From Pseudoalteromonas tetraodonis (lineage in GTDB: Bacteria; Pseudomonadota; Gammaproteobacteria; Enterobacterales; Alteromonadaceae), in NCBI RefSeq assembly GCF_002310835.1, contig NZ_CP011042.1:1-32000 (forward strand): 32,000 nt of DNA, in the 5' to 3' direction. The position numbers and the translations under genes were made by a program. The notes under the pieces were generated by a model. The model saw nothing but the letters and a program-made list of their open reading frames with translations, was not told where the DNA came from and did no database searches. Of this stretch, positions 8,129 through 17,365 are shown piece by piece. Position 1 is the stretch's first letter. Every line of letters begins with the position of its first letter.

Positions 8129-8926
8129 ATGCAACGCCCAACCGTCTTTTTCATTTCTCATGGTGGCGGCCCAATGCCATTACTAGGTGATGCTAACCAT
8201 GCAGAAATGCGAGCCTGCTTAGAACAAGTTGCCGCTACAATCCCAAAGCCTAGCGCTATTTTAATGGTCAGCGCGCATTGGGAAGCTCAACCAATTAGTA
8301 TAACTGCGCACTCTTCACCGCCGCTTATTTACGATTACTATGGTTTTCCTGAGCAGGCGTACCAATTAACTTACCCTTGTACTGGCCAGCCGCAACTTGC
8401 TAATTTAGTACAGCAAGCGCTCGCAACACATAATATTGACTCAAAACTCGATCCACAGCGTGGTTTTGATCACGGTATGTTTGTACCGTTAAAAATTATG
8501 TACCCAGAGGCCGATATTCCTTGTGTGCAAATATCCTTGCATCCAAGTCTTGATCCGCTGTTGCATGTTGAAATTGGTAAAGTGCTGCAACGTATTGATT
8601 ACGATAACTTATTAATTATAGGCTCAGGCTTTACCTTCCATAATATGCGCGCTTTTGGTGTTACTCAATCAAACGATGTTAACCAGCAAAATCAGGCATT
8701 TGAAAATTGGTTGGTAAGCACAATCGCAGATCAAACATTAACCGAGCAACAGCGTGAACAGCAATTATTAGCATGGCAGCAAGCTCCAGCTGCACGCTTT
8801 AATCACCCCAGAGAAGAGCACTTGTTACCGCTACATGTATGCTATGGCGCTGCTATGTGTGCAAGCACTGAGGTATTTGAATTAAATATTGCCAATAAGC
8901 GAGCCAGTATGTATTTGTGGCAATAA
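8129..8926 (+). CDS. class III extradiol ring-cleavage dioxygenase, YgiD / 4,5-DOPA dioxygenase family
   Basis: 265 aa. Blocks recalled from E. coli YgiD: FISHGGGPMP, VSAHWE, YDYYGFPEQAY, GFDHGMFVPLKIMYPEADIPCVQIS, EEHLLPL. Confidence 0.85.
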   Translation: MQRPTVFFISHGGGPMPLLGDANHAEMRACLEQVAATIPKPSAILMVSAHWEAQPISITAHSSPPLIYDYYGFPEQAYQLTYPCTGQPQLANLVQQALATHNIDSKLDPQRGFDHGMFVPLKIMYPEADIPCVQISLHPSLDPLLHVEIGKVLQRIDYDNLLIIGSGFTFHNMRAFGVTQSNDVNQQNQAFENWLVSTIADQTLTEQQREQQLLAWQQAPAARFNHPREEHLLPLHVCYGAAMCASTEVFELNIANKRASMYLWQ

Positions 8927-8932
8927 TAAAAA

Positions 8933-8962
8933 ACACGCCAGACTTTGCTAGGCGTGTTTTTT
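8933..8962. terminator. bidirectional intrinsic terminator between convergent genes
   Basis: ACACGCC...GGCGTGT stem, flanked by an A-run upstream and a T-run downstream. Confidence 0.8.
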
Positions 8963-9001
8963 GGTTCTACTGTATTTATTACAGTGGTTAAGCGTAAGCA
9001 A

Positions 9002-9898
9002 TTACCATTTCATTTCGCCTTTATGAACTTTAGCGCCAATGCTAAGAGCCATAGGTAATACAGCCTCTGGGTATGAGTTGGTCATTTTATCTATCAGCAG
9101 CTTACTGCTATCACTACTTTGCTTAGCGTGTGCAAAATCCTTTAAATACTGGATTGAAAAATCAATATTTGCAGCATCTAATTGAGTGCCTGCTTTCATA
9201 TGCCCAGGGATCACCACGTCAGGGTTGAGTGCTTTCATTTCATTAAGTTGCTTTGCCCATGCATTTTGCTCTGCCTGAGTTTGTGCATCGGCCATCCATA
9301 AATGAACATTAGCGTATACAGCCACATTCCCTAAAATAGCTTTATTATCAGGGATCCATAAATAAGGGCGATGATTATGCTCACCCTCTGCGCCACGAAT
9401 TTCAATGGTATGGCCTTCTATTTTTAAGATATTACCATTAAATACCTTAGGTACGACGGGGTTTTTTGGTGCGTTTTCACCCATTTTTGGGGTCCAGAAA
9501 GCAAGTTTACCTTTAAGCTTTGCTGCTATTTTTTGGTGCACTGCGGGCGTAGTAATAACCTCTGCATTTGGGAAAAACTGCTGTAACACTTCAGCGCCAA
9601 AGTAGTAATCAGGATCGGCCTGGCTAATAAAAATAGTTTTTAGTTGTTTACCAGAGTCAATTACTTTGGCGGCAATGCGCAGTGCATCGGCTTTGGTAAA
9701 TCCGGTATCAATTAAAATTGCATCGGTACGGCCATAAACCAGCGTGGCATTAACATGAAAGCTATTGCTGTCAGCGTTATACACATCAAGGGTTAATGGG
9801 GTTTCGTCTGCAATAGCGATATTGCTGGTTAATAGTGTGCTTAATAAAAGCGTGCGTAGGTTCATGGTATTTTCATCATTGGTTGCTAATGCGAGCAT
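9002..9898 (-). CDS. secreted MBL-fold (metallo-beta-lactamase superfamily) protein with a degenerate His motif
   Basis: LIDTGF block followed by SQADPDYYFG at the position of the canonical THxHxDHxGG. PGH lies near the C-terminus. The signal peptide MNLRTLLLSTLLTSNIAIA suggests the real start is at 9865 (Met12). Confidence 0.75.
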   Translation of the reverse strand: MLALATNDENTMNLRTLLLSTLLTSNIAIADETPLTLDVYNADSNSFHVNATLVYGRTDAILIDTGFTKADALRIAAKVIDSGKQLKTIFISQADPDYYFGAEVLQQFFPNAEVITTPAVHQKIAAKLKGKLAFWTPKMGENAPKNPVVPKVFNGNILKIEGHTIEIRGAEGEHNHRPYLWIPDNKAILGNVAVYANVHLWMADAQTQAEQNAWAKQLNEMKALNPDVVIPGHMKAGTQLDAANIDFSIQYLKDFAHAKQSSDSSKLLIDKMTNSYPEAVLPMALSIGAKVHKGEMKW

Positions 9899-9969
9899 AA
9901 TAAAGGTTTGATATGTTCAGAAAAACAACCAATAATTAGCATCATTGTTTCATAAATCGTGCAAATACT

Positions 9970-10857
9970 ATGGATAAACTCACCGCAGCGCAGGTTTTTG
10001 TTGATGTTGCCTACTCAGGCAGTTTTACTGCCACTGCCGATCGGCTTGAAATGTCACGCCCTATGGTTACTCGTCATATTGAGTCGGCAGAAGCATGGCT
10101 CAATACTCGTTTGCTACACCGAACTACCCGCAAAGTTACACTTACCACCGCTGGCGAGGCCTGTTTACCCGAAATAGAGCAATGGTTAGCACAGGCTAAC
10201 CGTTTAGTTGAACAAACTAAAAGCCAGCAACAGTTGTCAGGTAAAATTCGAGTAGCGACCAGTATGTCGTTAGGCTTTGCACAATTAGCCCCTATATTTA
10301 CACGCTTTATGAAACGTCACCCTAACGTGCAAATAGACATAGATCTTGAAGACTCAACCACAGATCTAATAGAGCAGCGTGTTGACTTAGCAATACGTAT
10401 TGCAGCCAATCCTGATCCTTCGTTAATAGGTAAACCTATTGCCGAGTGTGAATCTATATTAGTGGCCTCAGCTGATTACCTCGCAGATTATCCGCCAATA
10501 ACGACACCACAACAGTTAAGCACTCATCAATGTTTAGGCTATAAAAACTTTGACCGATATATTTGGCATTTACACAACGGGGATGAATTTCAATCGGTTG
10601 ATGTTAAATGTAATTTAAGTGCAAACGAGGCCACCACATTACTTCATGCAGCCATAGCCGGTGGTGGTATTTCAGTGCAGCCTACGTATTTGGCAAATCA
10701 ATATATACTGGATGGTCGCTTGCAGCGTGTATTAGCGCCATGGACATTAAACCCAATGAAAATATATGTGCTTTACCCTTCTCGTCAGCATTTATCAGCA
10801 ACAGTAAGAGCACTAATCGACACGCTCAGTGAAGAATTTAAAAATCCAGCATGGTAA
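9970..10857 (+). CDS. LysR-family transcriptional regulator, divergent from the MBL-fold gene
   Basis: 295 aa. N-terminal LysR HTH (FTATADRLEMSRPMVTRHIESAEAWLNTRLLHRTTRKVTLTTAGE) plus a C-terminal substrate-binding domain. Confidence 0.9.
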   Translation: MDKLTAAQVFVDVAYSGSFTATADRLEMSRPMVTRHIESAEAWLNTRLLHRTTRKVTLTTAGEACLPEIEQWLAQANRLVEQTKSQQQLSGKIRVATSMSLGFAQLAPIFTRFMKRHPNVQIDIDLEDSTTDLIEQRVDLAIRIAANPDPSLIGKPIAECESILVASADYLADYPPITTPQQLSTHQCLGYKNFDRYIWHLHNGDEFQSVDVKCNLSANEATTLLHAAIAGGGISVQPTYLANQYILDGRLQRVLAPWTLNPMKIYVLYPSRQHLSATVRALIDTLSEEFKNPAW

Positions 10858-10961
10858 TTAATTATAAAAGTTTGGGTTTAAACCATAGCTTTGTGCGTTA
10901 AGCATGCTGATATTGTGTAGGTTATTTTGTTACAGTAAATGTAATAAGCGCCTTAATCTAT

Positions 10962-10977
10962 AAAGGTCAACAGACCC
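10962..10977. repeat. solo copy of the AAAGGTCAACAGACCC terminal word of the 22.2-22.4 kb inverted-repeat element
   Basis: 16-nt exact match to 22428-22443, located 15 nt upstream of the DPP-IV start codon. It contains the GGTC-N4-GACC palindrome. Confidence 0.5.
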
Positions 10978-10991
10978 AAGGAACAATAACA

Positions 10992-13328
10992 ATGAATCTG
11001 ATCAAAACATCGGGCTTGGCACTGGCCATTGTTGCGGGCTTAGGCTTGCAAGCATGTTCAAGTACCAGCATAACAACCAACAATAATGCAGCGATGAGTA
11101 CCGTGAATAATCCATTAAGCCTAGCGCAAATTTATAAAGATAAAGAGTTTAAAACCCAGCGAAGCACTTACTTTAAGTGGCTAGACGATGGTACCGGCTA
11201 CACTGTGCTTGAAGAGCGCGAAAGCGAAAAAGAAAAAGCAGACGATAACAACACCGATGACGACAGAGAGCACGGTGTAAAAGGCAACGACATTGTATTT
11301 TACAATGCTGACGGCACAGGCCGTAAAGTATTGGTTGAGTTTGAAAAGCTGTTGCCAGAGGGCGCAGACGAGCCATTTGCAATCGAAAGCTATCAGTGGT
11401 CAAAAGACGGTAAATGGTTGATGGTATTTACCAACAGCGAGCAAGTTTGGCGTTCGCGCAGCAGAGGCGACTTTTGGTTACTTAACCTTGAGACAAACCA
11501 ATTACAGCAATTAGGTGGTAAAGACGTTGAGCCAACTAAGTTAATGTTTGCTAAGTTCTCGCCAGATAGCTCAAAAGTGGCTTACGTACGCGACAACAAT
11601 ATTTATATGCAAGCGGTTGGTAGTAACGATGTAACTGCGCTCACAACCGATGGCAGTGCCACCCTTGTTAACGGTAATTTTGATTGGGTATACGAAGAAG
11701 AGTTTACTATTGCCGATGGTTTTCGTTGGAGCCCCGACAACAAATCAATCGCCTATTGGCAGCTTGATACTAGTGACGTTAAATTTTTCACTATGATCAA
11801 CAACACTGACGAACTGTACCCTACCCTAAAAGAATTCCCTTATCCTAAAGCCGGTGAAACCAACTCTGCCGTGCGTGTTGGTGTGGTAAGCCTTAGCGAC
11901 AAACAAACCCGTTGGGCTGAGCTTGAAGGCGATAACCGCGACCGTTATATTCCGCGTATTAGCTGGGCAGGCACCGGTAATGAATTAATGATTCAAGACT
12001 TAAACCGCCCACAAAGCCATAACAAAGTGTGGTTGTTTGATTGGCAAAAGCAGCAACTGACCAAGATTTTAGAAGACAAAGACGATGCGTTTATCGAATG
12101 GTTTTATAAAGCAAACTGGTCAAAAGACGGCGAGTTTTTTATTTGGCATAGCGAACGCGACGGTTGGCGTCATCTTTACCGTGTATCGCGCGATGGCAAA
12201 ACTATTATCGACCTAACCCCTGGTGATTACGACATTATTGATATGCTGAGCATCAATGAAGATAAAAACGTAATGTATTTTATTGCCTCGCCAAACGATC
12301 CTGGTCAGCGTTATTTATACAGCACACCGCTTGATGGCAGCAGCAAACCGGTACGGGTAACGCCTGCTGAGTTTGAAGGTTCAAACAGCTACTACATGTC
12401 AAAAGATGCCTCATGGGCTGTGCACACTTACTCAAAATTTGGTACGCCACCGACTAAAGAGATCATTAAAGTGAGCGATCATAGTAATGTAAAAACCTTA
12501 GTTGAAAATACAAAGCTTAAACAAAAACTGGCTGAGCAAAGCTTACCAAAGCATGAGTTTTTTAAAGTAAACGCGCAAGATGGCACCGAGCTTGACGGCT
12601 ACATTATGTTCCCAGAGAACATGGATAAAAGTAAAAAATACCCAATTGTGTTTTACGTATACGGCGAACCATGGGGTTCAACCGTGCAAGACCGCTGGGA
12701 AGGTAACAGTTACTTATATAAATCGTTACTAACGCAAAAAGGCTTTATTGTGGCATCGGTTGATAATCGTGGTACACGTGCACCAAAAGGCCGCGATTGG
12801 CGTAAATCAATTTATAAAAAAATTGGCTCAATTACCGTGCAAGACCAAGTAGACGCGCTTGATGCTATGGCTAAACGTTGGGATGTAATAGACACAGACC
12901 GTGTTGGTGTGTGGGGGCATTCAGGGGGCGGTAGTTCAACCCTTAACTTATTGTTCCGCCACGGTGATAAATTTAAAGTAGGCATTGCCTCAGCACCCGT
13001 GCCAGACATTCGTTTATACGACACCATTTACCAAGAGCGTTATGCGGGTAACCCAAATACCGATCCTGAGAGTTACTATAACACCTCGCCGATTACCTTT
13101 GCTAAAAACCTAACCGGTAAGCTATTGCTTATTCACGGCACAGGCGATGATAACGTGCATTACCAAGGCTCAGAGCGTTTAATTGACGAGCTTGTAAAGC
13201 ATAACAAGCAGTTTGAGTTTTTCTCATACCCTAACCGTTCACACAGCTTGCGCGAAGGCAAGGGCACCACTTTGCATTACCATACTATGATGGCTGACTT
13301 TTTTGAAAAGCACTTACTAAACAAGTAA
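10992..13328 (+). CDS. S9B-family serine peptidase, dipeptidyl-peptidase IV type, probable lipoprotein
   Basis: 778 aa. Signal peptide ending in the lipobox-like LGLQAC. Beta-propeller DPP-IV N-terminal region. Nucleophile elbow GVWGHSGGG. C-terminal GTGDDNVH and RSH consistent with the Asp/His of the triad. Confidence 0.9.
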   Translation: MNLIKTSGLALAIVAGLGLQACSSTSITTNNNAAMSTVNNPLSLAQIYKDKEFKTQRSTYFKWLDDGTGYTVLEERESEKEKADDNNTDDDREHGVKGNDIVFYNADGTGRKVLVEFEKLLPEGADEPFAIESYQWSKDGKWLMVFTNSEQVWRSRSRGDFWLLNLETNQLQQLGGKDVEPTKLMFAKFSPDSSKVAYVRDNNIYMQAVGSNDVTALTTDGSATLVNGNFDWVYEEEFTIADGFRWSPDNKSIAYWQLDTSDVKFFTMINNTDELYPTLKEFPYPKAGETNSAVRVGVVSLSDKQTRWAELEGDNRDRYIPRISWAGTGNELMIQDLNRPQSHNKVWLFDWQKQQLTKILEDKDDAFIEWFYKANWSKDGEFFIWHSERDGWRHLYRVSRDGKTIIDLTPGDYDIIDMLSINEDKNVMYFIASPNDPGQRYLYSTPLDGSSKPVRVTPAEFEGSNSYYMSKDASWAVHTYSKFGTPPTKEIIKVSDHSNVKTLVENTKLKQKLAEQSLPKHEFFKVNAQDGTELDGYIMFPENMDKSKKYPIVFYVYGEPWGSTVQDRWEGNSYLYKSLLTQKGFIVASVDNRGTRAPKGRDWRKSIYKKIGSITVQDQVDALDAMAKRWDVIDTDRVGVWGHSGGGSSTLNLLFRHGDKFKVGIASAPVPDIRLYDTIYQERYAGNPNTDPESYYNTSPITFAKNLTGKLLLIHGTGDDNVHYQGSERLIDELVKHNKQFEFFSYPNRSHSLREGKGTTLHYHTMMADFFEKHLLNK

Positions 13329-13353
13329 TCGCTTTAAAAAAATAAAATACTAA

Positions 13354-13387
13354 AGCCGCACACTAATTATTAGTATGCGGCTTTTTT
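13354..13387 (+). terminator. Rho-independent terminator of the peptidase gene
   Basis: AGCCGCACACTA...TAGTATGCGGCT stem followed by T6. Confidence 0.85.
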
Positions 13388-13493
13388 AATCAAAATGTAA
13401 CGGGGATTTACAGCTGGGTTTAAAGGTTAAAGGAACAAGGTCAAAGAATTTTAGTTACGGTAAGTTGGGTATAGCCGAACAAAACCCAACAAG
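13388..13493 (+). repeat. dispersed intergenic repeat, copy A (starts directly after a terminator T-tract)
   Basis: AATCAAAATGTAACGGGGATTTACAG...GTTGGGT..AACAAAACCCAAC aligns by eye with 18468-18576. Its 5' third also aligns with 21298-21345. Confidence 0.55.
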
Positions 13494-13562
13494 GAAATAC
13501 TGCTCAATAGGTAATAAGTGAATCGTTTAATGTTAAACACAGCTTGGTACGAGAATAGAAAT

Positions 13563-13586
13563 AAAAAGAGTAGCATCCATGCTACT
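13563..13586 (-). terminator. intrinsic terminator of the small minus-strand gene
   Basis: AGTAGCATggATGCTACT hairpin followed, on the minus strand, by CTTTTTATTT. Confidence 0.6.
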
Positions 13587-13608
13587 GCAAGTGCGATATT
13601 AATAAAAA

Positions 13609-13920
13609 TTAAGAGCTTGGTTGCGAAGGTTGATACTTATTAACGAGAATGTGCTGCAAACTTTTAAGTGCTCGCTTTATCGCTTGCAGCATACTTCTTC
13701 CCTTTGTATTTACATTAATACTGGGTAGCCCAGGCAAAAGAATATTAATTTTGCATTGCTGCAAAGTGCCGTGGCGCTCACTCGAAAAATCATTTATTTG
13801 AATCTCAACTTTACGAATATTCAAAGCATGTTTTGCCAATTGGCTTTTTATCAACTTCAAAAGCGACATCTTTTCACTTGCGTTAATTATCTTGTTTTTA
13901 ACTGTAAGTTTTAGCTTCAT
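13609..13920 (-). CDS. small HPF/RaiA (S30EA)-like ribosome-associated protein (tentative)
   Basis: 103 aa. The pattern matches the layout I recall for S30EA/HPF proteins: alternating hydrophobics, IRKVEIQINDFSSERHG..QCKINILLPGLPSINVNTKG..MLQAIKRALKSLQHIL. No search was done. Confidence 0.5.
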   Translation of the reverse strand: MKLKLTVKNKIINASEKMSLLKLIKSQLAKHALNIRKVEIQINDFSSERHGTLQQCKINILLPGLPSINVNTKGRSMLQAIKRALKSLQHILVNKYQPSQPSS

Positions 13921-14029
13921 GCAATCACACCTTTTAATAGTAACTATGTTGCAGGCATGACTGTAATCTACTAACTTAGTGGCAAAGGAAAAAGCTGATT
14001 GTTTCTTACTTTAAAACAGGTATTTTCGA

Positions 14030-14923
14030 ATGATTACCAACATTAACTACAATCACTTATATTATTTTTGGCAAGTAAGTAAGCACGGCAGTATTGCAGC
14101 GGCGAGTAAAATACTTAATTTAACGCCGCAAACGGTCAGCTCGCAAATTACTAACTTAGAGCAACGACTAGGAAAACCGCTATTTATTCGTCAAGGGCGA
14201 GGCCTACAGTTAACGGAGTTTGGCCATGTAACTCAGCAGTACACTAATGATATGTTTGCTATTGCTCACGAATGGCTAGAAACCACGCAAGGTGATACCA
14301 CGCACTATTCACGAACACTAAAGGTCGGTATTTCAGATGTGTTACCCAAATCACTGGTGTCGAAGTGGCTAGCGCCTTTAATTAATAACGACCGTATTAC
14401 AAACTTGCACTGTATTGACGGCCAACAAGATGAACTGCTTGCGCAAATGGCGATTCATAAGCTCGACTTAGTGTTAGCTGATAAACCACTCGATACCACC
14501 TTGCCATTTAAGGCGTTTTGCCATGAAATAGGTAAAAGCCAAATCGCTCTTTTTGGTAACGAAACATGGCATTCGCAACTACATAAGCAGTTTCCGCAGT
14601 CTTTAAACAATAAGCCTTTAGTGCTCCCCGCAAAAGAAAGCCCCGTCGCGCGAGCTATTTATTATTGGCTGCAAGAGCAAGACATTGAAATGACAATAGC
14701 TGGCCATGTTGACGACAGCGCATTAATGAAGTCACTCGGTGAGCAAGGGTTTGGTATATTCCCTGCGCCTATTTTGGTAAGAGCCGAAGTAGAGCGCCAT
14801 TACGGCGTTAATTACATTGGTACAATTGATAATGTTTATCAGCATTATTATGCCTTTACACCTGACAGGCTCATTAAAGACAGTATTTATGACGAATTTA
14901 TAAAGCACGCGCAAATGACGTAG
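14030..14923 (+). CDS. LysR-family regulator of the NhaR subtype
   Basis: The N-terminus INYNHLYYFWQVSKHGSIAAASKILNLTPQTVSSQITNLEQRLGKPLFIRQGRGLQLTEFG closely parallels E. coli NhaR (INYNHLYYFWHV...LTPQT...). No nhaA gene is adjacent, so no symbol is assigned. Confidence 0.85.
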   Translation: MITNINYNHLYYFWQVSKHGSIAAASKILNLTPQTVSSQITNLEQRLGKPLFIRQGRGLQLTEFGHVTQQYTNDMFAIAHEWLETTQGDTTHYSRTLKVGISDVLPKSLVSKWLAPLINNDRITNLHCIDGQQDELLAQMAIHKLDLVLADKPLDTTLPFKAFCHEIGKSQIALFGNETWHSQLHKQFPQSLNNKPLVLPAKESPVARAIYYWLQEQDIEMTIAGHVDDSALMKSLGEQGFGIFPAPILVRAEVERHYGVNYIGTIDNVYQHYYAFTPDRLIKDSIYDEFIKHAQMT

Positions 14924-15014
14924 ATTTTAGTTAATCGTTTTAAGATTGACGGGCGTCGGGGTGCGGGTTACGGGGGGGCTAAAAGCTATTATTTAACCTC
15001 GACGCGGGGTGAAC

Positions 15015-15055
15015 CCGCTGTTACTAGTAGCTAATACGGTAGCAGCGGCTTTATG
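15015..15055. terminator. possible terminator hairpin between convergent genes
   Basis: CCGCTGTTAC...GGTAGCAGCGG imperfect stem followed by CTTTAT. The T-tract is weak. Confidence 0.35.
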
Positions 15056-15086
15056 CCTCGTCTTTTTAAGGCTCATATAAATGCTC

Positions 15087-15896
15087 TTATCGAGTAAACA
15101 TATTGATTGCCATTACAATTAATAAGCCGGCAAATACTTTCTTTATGGTTGAAACTGGCAAATAATGGGTGGCTTTAGCACCGAGTGGCGCGGTAAACCA
15201 TGAGGTGCATACAATACCCAATAAAGCGGGCAAATACACAAAACCTGCAAATCCTTGTTTTAATGTAAATAACTGGCTGCCTGAGCTGATATAACCCATT
15301 GAACCAAACAGCGCTATCACAATGCCTGAGGCCGAGGCGCAGCCAATGGCTTTTTTCATATCAACAGAAAAAAACGTCAGTAACGGCACTAATACTGCCC
15401 CGCCGCCAATACCTATCATGGCAGACAAGCCACCGGTTATGGTCGTATAAACACTTAGCAACCCTTTGCTTGGCAACGGGCGCGCTATTGCTGAATCATT
15501 CTTACCAGAAAAAATCATTTTTAGTGCAATTAGCACCACACTTACTGCAAATACCAAACGCACTACATGCTCAGGTAACAGCGCAGCTATAAAGCCACTA
15601 ATAAGCGCGCCAAAGGCAACGCCCGCCATAACCCAAGGTGCAATATCCCAGGGTACATTGCCATTTTTATGATGCGCAATAGCCGACGAGGTCGAAGTAA
15701 ATAAAATAGAGGCCAGCGAGGTCGCAATGGCAACCACCACTACTTGTTCAGGTGGCAAAGCATTAAAGTGCAGTAATATCATGCTGAGTATGGGCACAAT
15801 CACCAGCCCGCCCCCTATCCCTAAAAGGCCAGCTAAAAAACCAACACCACTACCTAATATGGCGCAGTATATAATTAACACTATTAAATCACTCAT
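15087..15896 (-). CDS. TauE/SafE (TSUP) family anion permease
   Basis: 269 aa and polytopic. Duplicated GIGGG(L/A)(V/L)(I/V)VP motifs (LLGIGGGLVIVPIL and IGIGGGAVLVPLL) are typical of TSUP/YfcA proteins. Confidence 0.85.
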   Translation of the reverse strand: MSDLIVLIIYCAILGSGVGFLAGLLGIGGGLVIVPILSMILLHFNALPPEQVVVVAIATSLASILFTSTSSAIAHHKNGNVPWDIAPWVMAGVAFGALISGFIAALLPEHVVRLVFAVSVVLIALKMIFSGKNDSAIARPLPSKGLLSVYTTITGGLSAMIGIGGGAVLVPLLTFFSVDMKKAIGCASASGIVIALFGSMGYISSGSQLFTLKQGFAGFVYLPALLGIVCTSWFTAPLGAKATHYLPVSTIKKVFAGLLIVMAINMFTR

Positions 15897-16094
15897 TCCT
15901 TTTGTCTCTTCTTATGTTAAGGGTTGTTATGCTCTGTGGTGGTGAGTTGCGTGTAAAAAACGTTCAATAAAACATCTAAGCTCACCAAGGTTTATTCGAG
16001 TATATCAACAACCGTTTATGCAAATGGCACTTTAAGTACTTATAAGTATTGAATAATACTCACGTTTTGTATGAATAAATTACAACAACCGTAA

Positions 16095-16118
16095 AAACAT
16101 CTAGAAATCTAGACTTCT
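16095..16118. promoter_or_regulatory. candidate MetJ operator (three tandem met boxes)
   Basis: AAACATCT AGAAATCT AGACTTCT, scoring 6/8, 6/8 and 7/8 against the AGACGTCT met-box consensus and exactly phased at 8 bp. Located upstream of a methionine-synthase-type operon. Confidence 0.5.
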
Positions 16119-16359
16119 AAAGTGGCTTTTGTGAGAGGGTCAAAGGCAATTCGCTGAATTTACCCATTTAACTTTGCTACAGAATGAATCTGACTCATGT
16201 TTTACCTGAAATAATACCGTTTTTCTTCATGCTACATACCGCGTATAAATTTATTAACTCTGCAGAGCACCATTACAGCTAACCCGTTATGTCGGTTTTA
16301 ACAGCGAGTAATGCGTCATCAATAAAAGCAGCAACAACTCAGATTGAAAGGATACGGCT

Positions 16360-17334
16360 ATGAGCACTGATCTTACATTTACTATTAAAAGCACTAACTT
16401 GGATGAAAACTACCATCCATCAAATAACACACGTATTACGACCAATTTCGCTAATTTAGCAAGGGGTGAAAGCCGCCAACAAAACCTGCGTAATACCCTA
16501 AAAATGATCAACAATCGTTTTAATGCTTTGGCTAGTTGGGATAACCCACAAGGGGATCGTTACGAGGTTGAGCTCGAGATCATTTCGGTTGATTTAGACA
16601 TTGCAGGCAGTGGCCAAGCATTTCCGTCAATTGAGGTATTAAAAACCAATATTATTGACCACCAAACTAATGAGCGAATTGAAGGCATGGTGGGTAATAA
16701 CTTTTCATCCTATGTGCGCGACTACGACTTTAGCGTGTTATTGCTTGAGCATAACAAAAGCAAACCGCAATTTAGTATCCCCGATAATTTTGGTGACTTA
16801 CACGGTAAGTTGTTTAAATGCTTTGTAAACTCAGATACCTATAAACAGCATTTTAAAAAGCCGCCAGTTATTTGCTTAAGCGTGTCTGATAACAAAATCT
16901 ATCAGCAAACCGAAAACTTACACCCTATCTTAGGCGTAGAGTATCAGCCTAATGAGTCGTCGTTAACAGAGCAATACTTTAAAAAAATGGGCCTACAAGT
17001 GCGCTACTTTATGCCACCAAACAGCGTTGCACCGTTAGCGTTTTACTTTTTTGGTGACCTACTTAACGACTACAGCAACCTTGAGCTAATTAGCACTATT
17101 AGCACCATGGAAACGTTTCAAAAAATTTATCGTCCAGAAATTTATAACGCTAATGCCGCCGCAGGTAGTCGTTATAAACCAAATTTAAAAAATGATGATC
17201 ATTCATTAACGCAAATTGTGTATGACCGCGCAGAGCGAGGTCAATTAGCGGTTGAGCAAGGCAAATTTACCGAGCAGCACTTTATTAAGCCTTATCAGTC
17301 AGTGCTGCAGCAGTTCTCGGCAAGTATCGCTTAA
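16360..17334 (+). CDS. mesX: DUF1852-family protein (MesX-type partner of a core-MetE methionine synthase)
   Basis: 324-aa ORF immediately upstream of a ~346-aa core-MetE homolog. This DUF1852/MetE-like pairing is the MesX-MesD arrangement described in the literature. The family assignment itself is from memory of the pairing, not from a search. Confidence 0.65.
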   Translation: MSTDLTFTIKSTNLDENYHPSNNTRITTNFANLARGESRQQNLRNTLKMINNRFNALASWDNPQGDRYEVELEIISVDLDIAGSGQAFPSIEVLKTNIIDHQTNERIEGMVGNNFSSYVRDYDFSVLLLEHNKSKPQFSIPDNFGDLHGKLFKCFVNSDTYKQHFKKPPVICLSVSDNKIYQQTENLHPILGVEYQPNESSLTEQYFKKMGLQVRYFMPPNSVAPLAFYFFGDLLNDYSNLELISTISTMETFQKIYRPEIYNANAAAGSRYKPNLKNDDHSLTQIVYDRAERGQLAVEQGKFTEQHFIKPYQSVLQQFSASIA

Positions 17335-17365
17335 TCACACAACAAAATTAAAGGCAGCATTTATT

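Noticed and set aside
9899-9969. A LysR T-N11-A operator in the divergent MBL/LysR intergenic region.
   Set aside because: No convincing dyad was found. T-N11-A alone is too degenerate to support a call.
13388-13608. A tRNA or other classical RNA gene in the 220-bp gap after the peptidase terminator.
   Set aside because: No cloverleaf-compatible stems or conserved T-loop (GTTCGAATC-like) are present. The sequence is explained by the dispersed repeat plus the minus-strand terminator.
16119-16359. A SAM or cobalamin riboswitch in the long leader of the mesX-mesD operon.
   Set aside because: No B12 box (GCCACTG-like) and no SAM-I/SAM-II core motif could be recognised by eye. An Infernal scan is needed before any claim is made.
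17252-17365. The upstream in-frame Met extension of the MetE-like ORF (track start 17252).
   Set aside because: The extension overlaps the 3' end of the DUF1852 gene by 83 nt and encodes no MetE-like sequence. The ATG at 17366 gives the conserved MKKLLPTS..GSLPKP N-terminus.
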